A stretch of DNA of 62,984 bases, filler included, from Asterionella formosa (taxonomy: Eukaryota), in NCBI GenBank assembly GCA_002256025.1. It is 23 parts of 23 records of this genome, joined end to end, with 100 filler letters (N's around TTAATTAATTAA, not from the genome) between each part and the next. Parts side by side here need not be neighbours in the genome. Positions count along the whole stretch, not along the records: positions 11,011 to 13,660 come from NKIB01014998.1; positions 13,761 to 16,409 come from NKIB01014999.1; positions 16,510 to 19,158 come from NKIB01015000.1; positions 19,259 to 21,905 come from NKIB01015002.1; 19 more parts are not named here. One strand, written 5' to 3'. The notes under the pieces are model-generated. The model worked only from the letters and a program-made list of their open reading frames with translations, made no database searches and was not told the origin of the DNA. Below, piece after piece: positions 11,011 through 22,005 of this stretch (position 1 is the first letter of the stretch; every line of letters starts with the position of its first letter). Made by a program: the position numbers and the translations under genes.

Positions 11011-13660
11011 ATGGGGATTGCCCCACCACGGCCGGAATCACTGTACCGGCGGATTGTGATGGAGGAGAAGGAACTCAAAGTAACCGTGGCTAATAGTAAC
11101 TATTGGCAGCCACTAGCTGACTCGCTGGAAGAGGACCTGGAGGATGTAATCGAGTGTTCAAATTCACTTGAAAACCCCACCAGTTACCACCAGGAAAGGT
11201 TGGATGGTATGGCCAAGAAGTTCACTACAACATGTCACCAGGTGGCAGAGGACCTGAACCTCCACCAACGGGTGGCGGGACTAAACCCACCAAGAGTGAC
11301 AGGACAGGTACGTCGGGCGATTGAGACCCGAAGGAGGATCTTCCGGGAAACCCGGAGGGCGGAGTCGCGAGGAGACCGTGAAGATGTAGCACGGCTTGGG
11401 GACATGTACAAGGCTGCCAAAGAGAGGGCGCGGAAGGTGATCCGCCTCTCGGGTAGGCGGGCATGGTATAAGGCAATTAGGGAGGCTCACGTCAATATGC
11501 GCGAGAAACCTCGCCATTATTGGCGGTGGGCCTCAGCGACTGCAGGATGGCGCCAGAAGAGCAGCATCGCAGGGGTCCAACCGGTCCTTGGCCCGGATGG
11601 ACGCCTGCTGACAGCTTTGACTGATATTCATCAGGCCTGGGGAGCGCACTATGCCTCTCTAGCAGCAGATGAAACCGGTCATAGCCAGGAGGCCCAATAT
11701 TGGGAGAAATTTGACCCGCAACCACAGGCAAATGAGGGGATCCGTTCGCTGGACGAACCCTTCACAACCTCCGATATTTGGACTGCCCTAAGGAAGATGA
11801 AGAGCCATCGTGCTCCTGGCGGTGACGGGATACCCACTGAACTGCTACAGGCATGTTTGGCGGAGGAACAGGCCCTACTTTCCCACCTTCAAAACTATCG
11901 GGAAGAGGAGCCCACCCCGCCACCATCCACTCCAATGACGGACTCACTAGGAACCCTACTCAACTTTGCGTATGAGAGGGGACTGGTGGCCCAGTCATGG
12001 GCTGAGTCACTGGTCGTCTCAATACCTAAGAAAGGGGACTTGGCTGATATGAACAACTATCGGGGGATTTCGCTCATGGCCACTGTCCTCAAGGTGGTGT
12101 GTGTGATCCTTGGTACCAGGATAAATGTGGAAGCGGAATCTCGAGGGCTGTTTAGCCGAGCCCAGGCTGGCTTTCGCCAGAGAGAGGAATGTGTAACCCA
12201 GGTGGCCTGTGTCATGGAAATCATACAACGCCGGAGGATAGTGGGAGAGCCGACCTACGTGGTATTCGTAGACCTCAAGAAGGCATATAATACGGTGCCC
12301 CACGAGGCGCTCTTTGCGAAACTATCCCGGTTTGGGATTAGGGGACGTTGCCTTGCTTTTCTACGTGCCCTTTATCGCAGCAGTACAATCAGGGTACGAG
12401 TGGGGGGTGGCTTGACTGCCCTTTACTCGGACCCCTGCAGACTGTTGCGAGGTGTGCGGCAGGGTTGCCCTCTTTCGCCTATACTGTTCAACATCTTCAT
12501 TGATGACTTGGCAGTGGGGACGGAGGAGAGCGGTGCCCTGGTACCAACTGGGGACAGTCGCACATGGCGGAACTCCACACCCACACTGACAGTGGGATGT
12601 ACCCTCTTTGCTGATGATGCGGCCGGAATCTGCCCCTCCCTGGAGGCGGCCAAACGGTTCTGTACGCACGTTACCAACTGGGTTACAGCTAACGAGATGA
12701 GTGTGGGCATAGGGAAGTGCGGGCTGATGGAATTCCTACCGCCAGACCCAGGTTCGGCCACCGAACCGCTTGTCCCTGGACAAGATGTGGCTGGACTGGA
12801 ACTGGAGGGACTTCCACTCCCTGTTGTGGACAGATATATGTATCTGGGTGTCCTCATGACACCAGGTCTGTCTATCTCGTCTATGGTGGACCATAGAGTC
12901 AAGCAAGGGCGGGCCACAGTTGCCACCTTGGTACCGTTTCTACGGTGCCCGGTGGTACCAATGGCCATGCGTTTGCTGACTGTTGCAGGAGTAGTTGCCC
13001 CCCGCCTCCTTTTTGGGGCTGAGCTGTATGGTATGAACCGTCACCTTACGGACAAAATGCAGGTTCTTCTGAACCGATGCCTTAGGGCTAGCATTGGAGC
13101 CAGGAGGGCAGGGGGTGTGCCATCAGTAGGCCTTTGGAAGGAGGCACGGATGTTGCCAATGTGTGCCTTGGCGGGTGCCCGACGGGCCAGAGCTTATGCC
13201 AAGGCCTCGGGTCTCAAAACCTGGCTTCAGGAATTGGTCCTAAGACCATTCCGAAGTCAGAAATGGACATGGTGCTCAGGGGGTCCGCGCTGGCTGAAAC
13301 GCTATGCGCTCCCCCATGCACCGGTGTCTATTGTGGAGAGGTACTTGGGTGCTGGATGGCAGAGCCTGGAACCAAAGGTACTGGCTGAGGTAGTGAAAGC
13401 ATGCATCTTGGAGAGAGAGTGTGGGATCCGACGGAACTTGACTCGTCCGTCGGGGGCCCGCACAGTGTGGTATGAGGGAGCCGGATTTGACAAGCATCCA
13501 CTCACACGGTCACGTGTGGGGGGCAGTCCCAACGACCAAGCAGGACTGGCTTTGATAGTTCGGTGTCGGATTGGGGCATTTGTAACTGTCCCCACCTTGG
13601 TGGGGTGGAAGCGAATGCCTCATAGGTATTTGAGGAAGTGTCCATTTTGTGGTATGGATG
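11011..13660 (+). mobile_element. Non-LTR retrotransposon (LINE) ORF2 reverse transcriptase, RTE/RTEX-like, both ends cut
   Basis: APGGDGI, IPKKGD...NNYRGISL, QAGFR, FVDLKKAY, GVRQGCPLSPILFNIFIDDL, LFADD, Y.YLGV, and a C-terminal CPFC. The ORF is uninterrupted across the whole contig. Confidence 0.95.
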
Positions 13661-13762
13661 NNNNNNNNNNNNNNNNNNNNNNNNNNNNNNNNNNNNNNNN
13701 NNNNTTAATTAATTAANNNNNNNNNNNNNNNNNNNNNNNNNNNNNNNNNNNNNNNNNNNNAC

Positions 13763-15397
13763 ACTATCCCTCTTCATCAATCTGGGCGCATTCCTCAATC
13801 CACTTCTGTTCCTGGTCCCCCAGCAGCAATTCCAGTTTCAGCTTCCCCTCGTACAAAATCGCATTCACCAAAAACTCTCAGTCAAATGCAACCTCCCTCC
13901 GCAGTTCCAGTTACTGTGCCCCCTGCTGCTAAATTTCATTCACCAAAACATCCCATGCAAATGCAATCGAGTCTTGACCCTCCAGGATTCGATATCAACC
14001 CCCTTGCCCTCAGCCTTGGCGATATCGACAAGGAAAAAACAAAGAAACGTGGATTGTTCAATCGCCAAAAAAAGGTTGCAAAGTCAACTGCCGGAACTCA
14101 ACTGTCAATTCCAACGTCAATTCCACCTCCACCGCAAAGGACAGGACCTTCGCTGTTTTCCGACCTTTCCTCGGAGAAAGTTCATGTTCCCGTGGCACCA
14201 GACGTTCCGGGGCAAACGAAGAAAACTGTTACAATGGGGAAAAAGAAGGAAACAGTTATATGCACCATTTGCGACAAGCAAGCCACCACTTTCCTCTTGG
14301 CATTGGACAAGAAATATCACCCAGAATGCTTCAATTGTGCTGCATGCCATAAACCTATTAATGCGAAAGGCCCGTTTGCATACATGACTGTTGAACTTGG
14401 AGGCAAGTATCCTCTTCATCGAACCTGTTACGCCGAGCTCTACGGTGTGAAATGTGCAGTCTGCAAGCAGTTAATTCCGGCGGGCCCAGATGGAAAGGTG
14501 TCGTTTGTGAAGCATCCTTTCTTTGAAAGCGAACAAATGTGTCCTCGTCATGCGACCAACCCCGGCCGTCGCTGTACAGGATGTCATCGTTTCGAGCCTG
14601 AGGGAGAGCCTTTTGCTGAACTTTTTGACAGTGGCCGTTGTGTCTGCTATTCATGCTGTCGAACTGTTGTTGTCGACAATGCCGACGCGACTCCCCTTTG
14701 GAACAACGTACTCAGCTTCCTGGAAAATTCGTTGTCGCTTCCAATTTGGAGGGATATGAGGAAAGTTCCAGTTTTGATTGTAGGTTACGATGCCTTGAAC
14801 CAGATGATGGAAAATGGCGGGAATCATAGGGGTTCCACTCAGATCACGACCAGAGGACTGTGTCTCACAGAACATCAGAGTGGGCGTCGACTGAAGCTTC
14901 CAGCTATGAAGTTTAATAAAAGCAATTCCAGCTTCGAATCTTTAGATGCCGAAGAAAAGGGTTTCACCTATTTCCAAGTGCCCGATGCCAGTAAGACAAA
15001 TCCAGACGCAAGCGTCACTGCCATTCTGTGTCTTTCTGGATTGCCAACAGACTTGACTGCTAGTGTCCTTGCTCATGAAGCAACCCACGCTTGGATCAAG
15101 CTTCATCCTCGCTTTGATATTGAATACCCTATCCCTCCTCAAGTCGAAGAAGGTTGTGCCCAGTTGGTGGCTATGTTGTTCTTAAATGAAGGCTTGGCGC
15201 CTGCTTCTACCGAAACCTACGGTGACCCCGGACCTTCCGATGCTAAGCTCCGACAATATTTTAAGTTCAGTATTGAAACTGACGACCATGAAATCTACGG
15301 AGAGGGATATCGACGAGCAGCCATGGCATATGCTAACATCGGAATTGAAGCATTGCTTAGTCACGTTGTCCTTTACAAGGACTTCCCTAAGACTTAA
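13763..15397 (+). CDS. DA1: DA1/DAR-like protein: LIM and LIM-like domains plus a zinc metallopeptidase; 5' partial
   Basis: LIM C..C...HP.CF.C..C, H..CY..L...KC.VC, HPFF...CP.H....RC.GC.R.E, TRGLCL.E, V.AIL.L.GLP..LT.SVLAHEATHAWI (HExxH), VEEG.AQ, IETD...IYGEGYR. The frame is open back to the contig start. Confidence 0.93.
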   Translation, partial: TIPLHQSGRIPQSTSVPGPPAAIPVSASPRTKSHSPKTLSQMQPPSAVPVTVPPAAKFHSPKHPMQMQSSLDPPGFDINPLALSLGDIDKEKTKKRGLFNRQKKVAKSTAGTQLSIPTSIPPPPQRTGPSLFSDLSSEKVHVPVAPDVPGQTKKTVTMGKKKETVICTICDKQATTFLLALDKKYHPECFNCAACHKPINAKGPFAYMTVELGGKYPLHRTCYAELYGVKCAVCKQLIPAGPDGKVSFVKHPFFESEQMCPRHATNPGRRCTGCHRFEPEGEPFAELFDSGRCVCYSCCRTVVVDNADATPLWNNVLSFLENSLSLPIWRDMRKVPVLIVGYDALNQMMENGGNHRGSTQITTRGLCLTEHQSGRRLKLPAMKFNKSNSSFESLDAEEKGFTYFQVPDASKTNPDASVTAILCLSGLPTDLTASVLAHEATHAWIKLHPRFDIEYPIPPQVEEGCAQLVAMLFLNEGLAPASTETYGDPGPSDAKLRQYFKFSIETDDHEIYGEGYRRAAMAYANIGIEALLSHVVLYKDFPKT

Positions 15398-15558
15398 GGG
15401 GCCTCTTTCGACTTAATAATTTACAGATGCTTTACAACTTATCAACCTTTAAATGGTGTAGCTCTTGGTGATTGAGAGCACCAGATAATGAGATAAATAA
15501 GTCTGGCTATCTTCAACCAAAATTCGCGGTTAAAGCAATTAAAGTGAATTTGTAAAAA

Positions 15559-16377
15559 TTAATCCTTCTTTGATTTCAGTTTCTTTATCCATTTAGAGGC
15601 TTTTCGTTCGAAGGAACCAACTACAACAACGCCAGCTATTGCAGGCACCACCAAGAAGGGAATTGGCAAGATTCCGTCAGCATCCAAGAAGTGCTTGGAA
15701 ACAAAGTCCATGACATTGATTTGTGGCACAGCTGGATTGCTTCCATCCACCAATGTTCGCCATATAAATCCATTAAGAGTTCCTACTAACAGGCCTACTG
15801 TCACTTGTTCCTTTGTATGAAGTTTGGTTTGTACCCGATAGTAGAGAGATGTTGCTCCATACAATGCTATGGGAGCTACTGTCCAATGTAAAGTCAACGC
15901 TGTAAAAGTGCCAATGAAACCCAAACTCATGGCATGACTGGAAGGCATACCTTTGTCAGAAGGTTGCTCAATGTTATCGAAGGCAGGCATCGGTCGATCT
16001 TGATTTAATACCTTCTTCAGAACTTTGCTGAGGATCCCATTGAGAATGCTACCTATGAAGAAGGAAACCATGAGTGCATCTCGTTGATAGGCTAAAATGG
16101 TGAAGAAAGTTCCGGCCACCACCATTGAAGTGGTGCCTCCAATCGCAAATAATACTTGATTGGTGAAGGATATTTTCCCACTTTCATTTGGATCGGATAC
16201 CGCCATGAAAAATCTCATTGGACTGTTTTGGCGACGAGGCTGTAATTTCAAGACGAATGGTCGTTGAACTTCGGCAAACTTCTTGACGCAAACGAGCCTT
16301 TGCTTTGGAAACGCAAATATGATCGAAAACGTTGTCAAGAGGTGGAGTAGAAGTAGAGCGACCCGAATCGACACCAT
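15559..16377 (-). CDS. PAP2-family lipid/dolichyl pyrophosphate phosphatase (LPP-epsilon-like), probably plastid-targeted
   Basis: K..LK....Q.RP, GMPSSHA and R....HT..QV..G motifs; TM segments; signal peptide ending IFA-FP (diatom-type bipartite presequence). Confidence 0.9.
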   Translation of the reverse strand: MVSIRVALLLLHLLTTFSIIFAFPKQRLVCVKKFAEVQRPFVLKLQPRRQNSPMRFFMAVSDPNESGKISFTNQVLFAIGGTTSMVVAGTFFTILAYQRDALMVSFFIGSILNGILSKVLKKVLNQDRPMPAFDNIEQPSDKGMPSSHAMSLGFIGTFTALTLHWTVAPIALYGATSLYYRVQTKLHTKEQVTVGLLVGTLNGFIWRTLVDGSNPAVPQINVMDFVSKHFLDADGILPIPFLVVPAIAGVVVVGSFERKASKWIKKLKSKKD

Positions 16378-19260
16378 TGTCAAAACACGGATAAAAAATG
16401 AACGACACTNNNNNNNNNNNNNNNNNNNNNNNNNNNNNNNNNNNNNNNNNNNNTTAATTAATTAANNNNNNNNNNNNNNNNNNNNNNNNNNNNNNNNNNN
16501 NNNNNNNNNGTACGTGTATGCGGGGAATAGACCATTGTATATATTAGAGTACTTAATATGGAGTCACCACGAGTACATATACTATAGCACTATATTACAG
16601 TAAATAGAGGACCAAGTCTATTATTGGTAGGTGTGTATATGTCTAATATACATAAACCCGAAATGAAGTGAAAACAATCAATATATAGCTAATGAAAAAT
16701 AGTGAAAAAAATAATGTAGCTACAGTAGTATGAAATCATGCATCTGTGTAATAATAGCCTAAATACATACTAGCTGTGTATGACCACCAGCGTGATGATC
16801 AGCAGATATCAATTGATTGGCAATCTAATCTGTGGCATTATTCTATCTGGAATATATACCTCATACATTTTGTCAATTTGCAATGTGGCAGTGAAAAGAA
16901 CACAGCTCAAAGTAGGGCAGTCATCATAGCTATCCCACACACAACGCTTTGCCAACCAACAATACTCCACCATTCTTACTATGTCCTGCTCAACCCTTGT
17001 AAAATTTTCAGCAACCTTACAAACCTAATTCCAACTTTTTGCATTCCTACCACAGAACAAATAGTTTTTGGTGTAAAAGAAAGACTACAATACTGACAGA
17101 ATTGCTTCCTCCCTCCTACCTCTTTGACACACATCCTGCATCATTTCTGTTGGTTAATCAACTTGTTAATTGTTGAAAACTTCTTCAAACACCGCATTTG
17201 AGGCATTTCTGGACTCTCAATCATCATTCTGCATACTTGTCACTCCTGCTACCACCAATAACTAGTAGTAGTCAGGAGTCAACACTCCTTCAAGACGAGA
17301 GTCGACTGGCTGATGTCATCCACCTTAGTTTCAAAACTAGGCGACATTGCATCTCGATCTGCTGGGAGTACAACCCAAGTACCCGGTATATAGTTCCAAA
17401 AACAAACTGGCAGCTCATACTTCCCTCCTTCACCTGCTGTTGGTGTCCCATCAGTCACACCTTCCTCTCCTTACCGCTGCTGCATACCGAAATACCGAGT
17501 ACCTGGTACCAGTACCTGGTACCGGTACATGAATGAGGATGGGGTTTAATTTGTGTGTACGACCGGTACCAGTTACCAGGTACTACAGTGTAATAGCTAA
17601 TTTTATGTACTCGTACAGTGTATATTCCTACGATGATCGTGCGTACAGTTATGGTTTAATTAAACCAAAAAATTAAACCCCCAGTTAAACCGGGTTTAAT
17701 TTTTCTACTGGCAAATACTGTTGTAACACGGTGCTTCCTCTAGTATTTTCAGATCAATACCGTGCCAGTATTAAAATGACCCAGTAGACACATAGCAGAG
17801 GCCTACGGGAAAATACAACTTGGGTTTAATTTTACCAATTACGGGTATGTAATGTCCAATACGTATGTATGTGCCAGTACTTCAATATATGGATTTATGA
17901 CAGACAGCACACTGCTACCAGCAGTACTGGTAACAAGGAATCCAATAAATTTATTTTTAGACCACACATTTAGTAGAAGTAAACAATTGGTAACTGTATT
18001 TCTCTGTGATGTCCGGCAGCATCTTATGCATTCGTCGTGATATGTTCAGCGCTTGTTTATATTTTGCTTACCAGCCACATAATATGGATATAATAATGGA
18101 TTGCAAAAGGACTTGCGAGAAGCCAGCCGGTTCGCCATCGAACTTGTAGTACAAAAATCAAATAGAATAAGGAAACTATCACGTGACCATTAGTATCTAT
18201 ATGGAGGAAGCAGTCATTATAAAAACTTATGATAGAAATTAGCAAAGGGAAAATGATCAGGATAGTGCACCTATCCAGAGAAAATTGCACCTGTCATGAT
18301 CCAGTTCTTGAATGTACCAGATAAGACAGAATAATTTACATGTTGTATCCTATATAATGTGTTCTTATTTGAGCGCAACTCATAGTAATTACTTCACATG
18401 TGTCAGCTAAAGGATGACATTGAACATTTTGTGGTGTCTGTGTTTGACTGAAGGTCTTCTGTAATAATGTGCCTAATAATTCTTGAATATAGCTGGTTTC
18501 CTTCTTTAGAAACAATAATCAATCGAATAACCCACATGATGGTTTACCTCCTGAGATTTAGAATCAGTTAATGCACTGGAAAAGAAAAACCTCGCATGAT
18601 GTACCAGGCAAGAGATCAGTCCAGGGGTACAAAGGAATCTACAGTCCCCTCAGTACCAAGACAGGTTTCGCTGTGAATGGAACTTATGAATCGACAATCA
18701 ATATTAACCTTCCAACCACCACCATCCAAGAATCAGGTTCTTGTATCTCAACCAAAAGGGTATCCTACATCATCAATATGGTTTGGTCAACCCACTGACA
18801 AAATGCAATTACTACTGCTGGCCAATGATAGTACATATCAAAAAATATGCACCCTATAGAGAATGATGATTAGAATATAATTTCATTTATGAAGCGCCTT
18901 ATTGCTACTCCATGATTCGTAGGGTAGCCAGCATAGCGCTTGCTTCTTGGCATGCTGGGCCTGGGTTTTTGTGGGTAAAACTAACCCATTGTGGATCATC
19001 CCAACAGGTGTGGTGACACTCTGTGCTTGTGCGCGGGGAGAATGAGGTGGATACTCTCTCTCTAATGAGAGTACCGGTAAGGGAATTTCATTTTGTGCTG
19101 TGTAGTTTTCTTATATGCCATTTTCTATAGTATTTCAGTACTGTAGATTTTAGAAAATNNNNNNNNNNNNNNNNNNNNNNNNNNNNNNNNNNNNNNNNNN
19201 NNTTAATTAATTAANNNNNNNNNNNNNNNNNNNNNNNNNNNNNNNNNNNNNNNNNNNNTT

Positions 19261-19434
19261 TCGTATGCCTATGAAATTGGAGAGTGGGAGGAATGGACAT
19301 TGATTGTTGACTCTGCAGACAAGAACAAGGTTGCCTTTCGCTCCCATCATGGTACTTACTTGTCTGCGCGAAATGATGGAACTGTTTGCTGCATGGATAA
19401 CCTACTCGGATGGGAGTGGTGGTTTGTTGAGTAA
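19261..19434 (+). CDS. C-terminal fragment of a fascin-like / actin-crosslinking beta-trefoil protein
   Basis: Manual translation: ...EIGEWEEWTLIVDSADKNKVAFRSHHGTYLSARNDGTVCCMDNLLGWEWWFVE*. Confidence 0.75.
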   Translation, partial: SYAYEIGEWEEWTLIVDSADKNKVAFRSHHGTYLSARNDGTVCCMDNLLGWEWWFVE

Positions 19435-19603
19435 TCTATATATTTATTTATTTGCTGAATTCATTTAAACGAACGATGTATTTTAAATTGCAATGTTCCA
19501 ACTTTTCTGATAATGGTTTTGTATATTCAAACTTTTTATTTTAGTTTCTCCATCTATTACATAACTTGCTCGCAATGACAAAGCTATGTGATTCTTCATT
19601 GCA

Positions 19604-20347
19604 TTACTCTCCATTCCATTCGGAGTACAACTTATCATCAGCCACAAATGGTTCGAGATTTCTCCAATGGCTGGATTTGACTGGCGCTGGTACCAATGGA
19701 ATCGGTATTTTCATTTGGGTGGGTTCTGTCTCGGAATCGAATGACTGATCAGGAGCTGCCCATCCAACTTGCACATTGCCATCTGGTATTGGTGGAGCAT
19801 ACTTGGGTGGTGGAGGACGCTCCTTCTTGCTATTATTCACATTCGCCGACATTGTTTTGTTCACCACTGGAGCTTGCAGTTTTGTTGCAGTCTCTTCGTC
19901 AAGGTGAAAAAACAATCCACATGCCCGTACAAAGGGGATCGGAGTATACTCCATACCAAACCCAATCACGGTCTTGCCAGAATCCCGGAGGCGACCCGCC
20001 AAGATGGTAAAGTCGGCATCCGAACTCACAATGCAATATCCGACAATTGGCTCATGGGTAAAAAGTAGTTCCATAGCGTCAAGCATCAATGTTGCGTCCA
20101 CGCCAGTTTTACCTGGAACTACACATGGCGCCTCAACGACAAAAAAGTCAAGGTCCACGGCTGATTTTTGCCACGAGACGTGTCGTCCAGAGCTAAAGTC
20201 CCCATAGAGACGCCGAATGGAGGGAATACCACCCAAGTTTCGAATCTTTTCGAGGCAAAAATCAATCTGATTCCTGGAAACAGTATCGCAATCGACCAGG
20301 ACAGCGTAGTTCATTGGCATTGGCATTTCTTGATCATTTTCGAGCAT
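19604..20347 (-). CDS. NYN (LabA/DUF88, PIN-like) domain protein
   Basis: AVLVDCDTV, IRRLYGDFS, GKTGVDATLMLDAMELL, IVSSDADFT.LA.RLRDSGKTVIGFG, F..AC..F. Confidence 0.9.
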   Translation of the reverse strand: MLENDQEMPMPMNYAVLVDCDTVSRNQIDFCLEKIRNLGGIPSIRRLYGDFSSGRHVSWQKSAVDLDFFVVEAPCVVPGKTGVDATLMLDAMELLFTHEPIVGYCIVSSDADFTILAGRLRDSGKTVIGFGMEYTPIPFVRACGLFFHLDEETATKLQAPVVNKTMSANVNNSKKERPPPPKYAPPIPDGNVQVGWAAPDQSFDSETEPTQMKIPIPLVPAPVKSSHWRNLEPFVADDKLYSEWNGE

Positions 20348-20353
20348 GTTGAT

Positions 20354-20415
20354 GGTGGTAGTGGTAGTGGTAGTGGTAGTGGTAGTGGTATTGGTATTGG
20401 TATTGGCAGTGGTGG
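20354..20415. repeat. Compound hexamer microsatellite (GGTAGT)n(GGTATT)n directly upstream of the NYN start
   Basis: Read directly from the sequence. Confidence 0.9.
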
Positions 20416-20828
20416 ATGTTTGAATATTTTATGATTCAATTTGTAGAAAATGTGTGAGACAACGGTGGACTCCATCGTGTTGGCCGAAACAACTGGCGTG
20501 ACTATCCCATCCAGACACATCGTCACGTGTAATGCTCGGCTGTCTGTTTAAAATGGACAGGGAAAATAGATATTGGACTGCTTTTCTTCACGTTTTGCCT
20601 GACTGATGTTCGTGATAACATCAGAAAATAAAGTGACAGAATGCATGTGCGATTGATTATGAATATTTTGATTTTGAGAGGAGCTGTCAAACCGTGATGA
20701 CGGCAGGCGATTTGGCGATTGCCTGATACCCACATATGGACATGAAGACGAAGTGTAGGGGCATGATCAAATTCCATAAAATCGGAAATACAGTACATAA
20801 AAATACGGTAGAAACATGCTGAAGGCAA

Positions 20829-20959
20829 TACACGCCCGAGGTGGTCACTTGCCTGCGAGTATACTTGTGTTCTCGAGGCTGGGTGGCGCGAGTAGGTTGA
20901 CCGTACCAGTGGCGCCCTTGGCGCTTCGAGAAGGTGAGCTAACCAACTACCACTAAGCT
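20829..20959 (-). other. tRNA-derived / SINE-like GC-rich segment (tentative)
   Basis: Minus strand has an A-box-like TGGTAGTTGGTTAGC, a GCGCC-AAG-GGCGC hairpin and a degenerate T-arm GTACGGTCAACCTAC, followed by CACCCAGCCT...TGACCACCTC. It does not fold into a clean tRNA. Confidence 0.3.
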
Positions 20960-20993
20960 GTTCCAGTACTATTTCTATGTATATTACCTGGTA

Positions 20994-21137
20994 CCGTTAT
21001 TCTGGCTGTCAAACTAAAATCGGAAATTTTGATCCCGAAAAATTCGATGTGCCCCATATTGCCCCCCAAAAAATTGCCTAAGAATTTACACAGAAGTACC
21101 CGAATGGCAAGATGACAGCTCGAGCGGGAATTGCTGG
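20994..21137. mobile_element. TA-flanked ~145-165 bp MITE-like element, copy 1 of 3
   Basis: TA-CCGTTATTCTGGCTGTCA...AGAAGTACCCGAATGGCAAGATGACAGCTCGAGCGGGAATTGCTGG-TA; homologous copies at 40207 and 58292. Confidence 0.75.
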
Positions 21138-21344
21138 TATACTACTCCGTACAGCATGTACGGAAAGTACATTGTTCGAAGATCTTTACGGTATATACTC
21201 ATGTAGGTCGTGTCCTTACCGTGCCCGAAATACGAATGCAACAAGAAAGAAGCAAAATGTATACAAAGGCTATATGGTACCAGGTGAAGTATCTAACTAG
21301 AAGTAGTAGTATTTGTTGAATATATGAGCTTATTTGTTAATCCT

Positions 21345-21905
21345 TGTGTGTAACTCGTTCTCCAAGTCGACACCAAAGTATACAATGAGGGTTAGTCGAG
21401 TTCTCTCATTATTGAGTTCTGATACATATATGATATAACACTAACCCTATATACATCTGTATTGATGCGCAAGATCGCTCACTCTCCCACACCAAGGGAA
21501 AACCTTTTAGCTTTGAAAAGGTTTGATGTAATGGATATTAATTCGTTCCGTTGTATGCATAGTTTGTTGAAAAGTAACTGTACCATAGGATTCGATAGTG
21601 ATGTAGGAATAACAATACGTCAAGTATCTCCTGGATTCTTTACAAAATACATGAAATGTATATGATGAAAATTGATAGAGGGAAAATTTAACAGATGTGT
21701 TTGGTTTGTTGATTGAGAATGAGATGAGTTGTTTGATTGAGAATCAATTGTATATCCAGCAATTGTTTATCATGTATGGAGTAATATTCCAGAGGATATT
21801 GAATATTGTCTGCCAAAATTGGATGATTGAGGGAACAGGTAAACAAAGGTTCATCATCTACTTCAATTGAGAAAGTAGAAATGGATGTTGATGCTGAAGA
21901 TTTCG
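21345..21905 (-). mobile_element. Gypsy LTR retrotransposon remnant: pol linker fused to the integrase C-terminus, PPT and short 3' LTR (about 21345-21481)
   Basis: Minus translation gives FSIEVDD..L..C.LNHP.....YPL.Y......Q..D, then RIVIPTSL, then GTVTFQ.....ERINI..IKPF*. The purine tract TGGTGTGGGAGAG is followed by TG...CA. Confidence 0.7.
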
Positions 21906-22005
21906 NNNNNNNNNNNNNNNNNNNNNNNNNNNNNNNNNNNNNNNNNNNNTTAATTAATTAANNNNNNNNNNNNNNNNNNNNNNNNNNNNNNNNNNNNNNN
22001 NNNNN

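Noticed and set aside
11225..13595. Numerous antisense ORFs over the LINE
   Set aside because: Shadow ORFs expected from high GC content
19259..20347. Fascin-like plus NYN as a toxin/immunity pair
   Set aside because: Only convergent neighbours in a eukaryotic genome; no evidence of functional linkage
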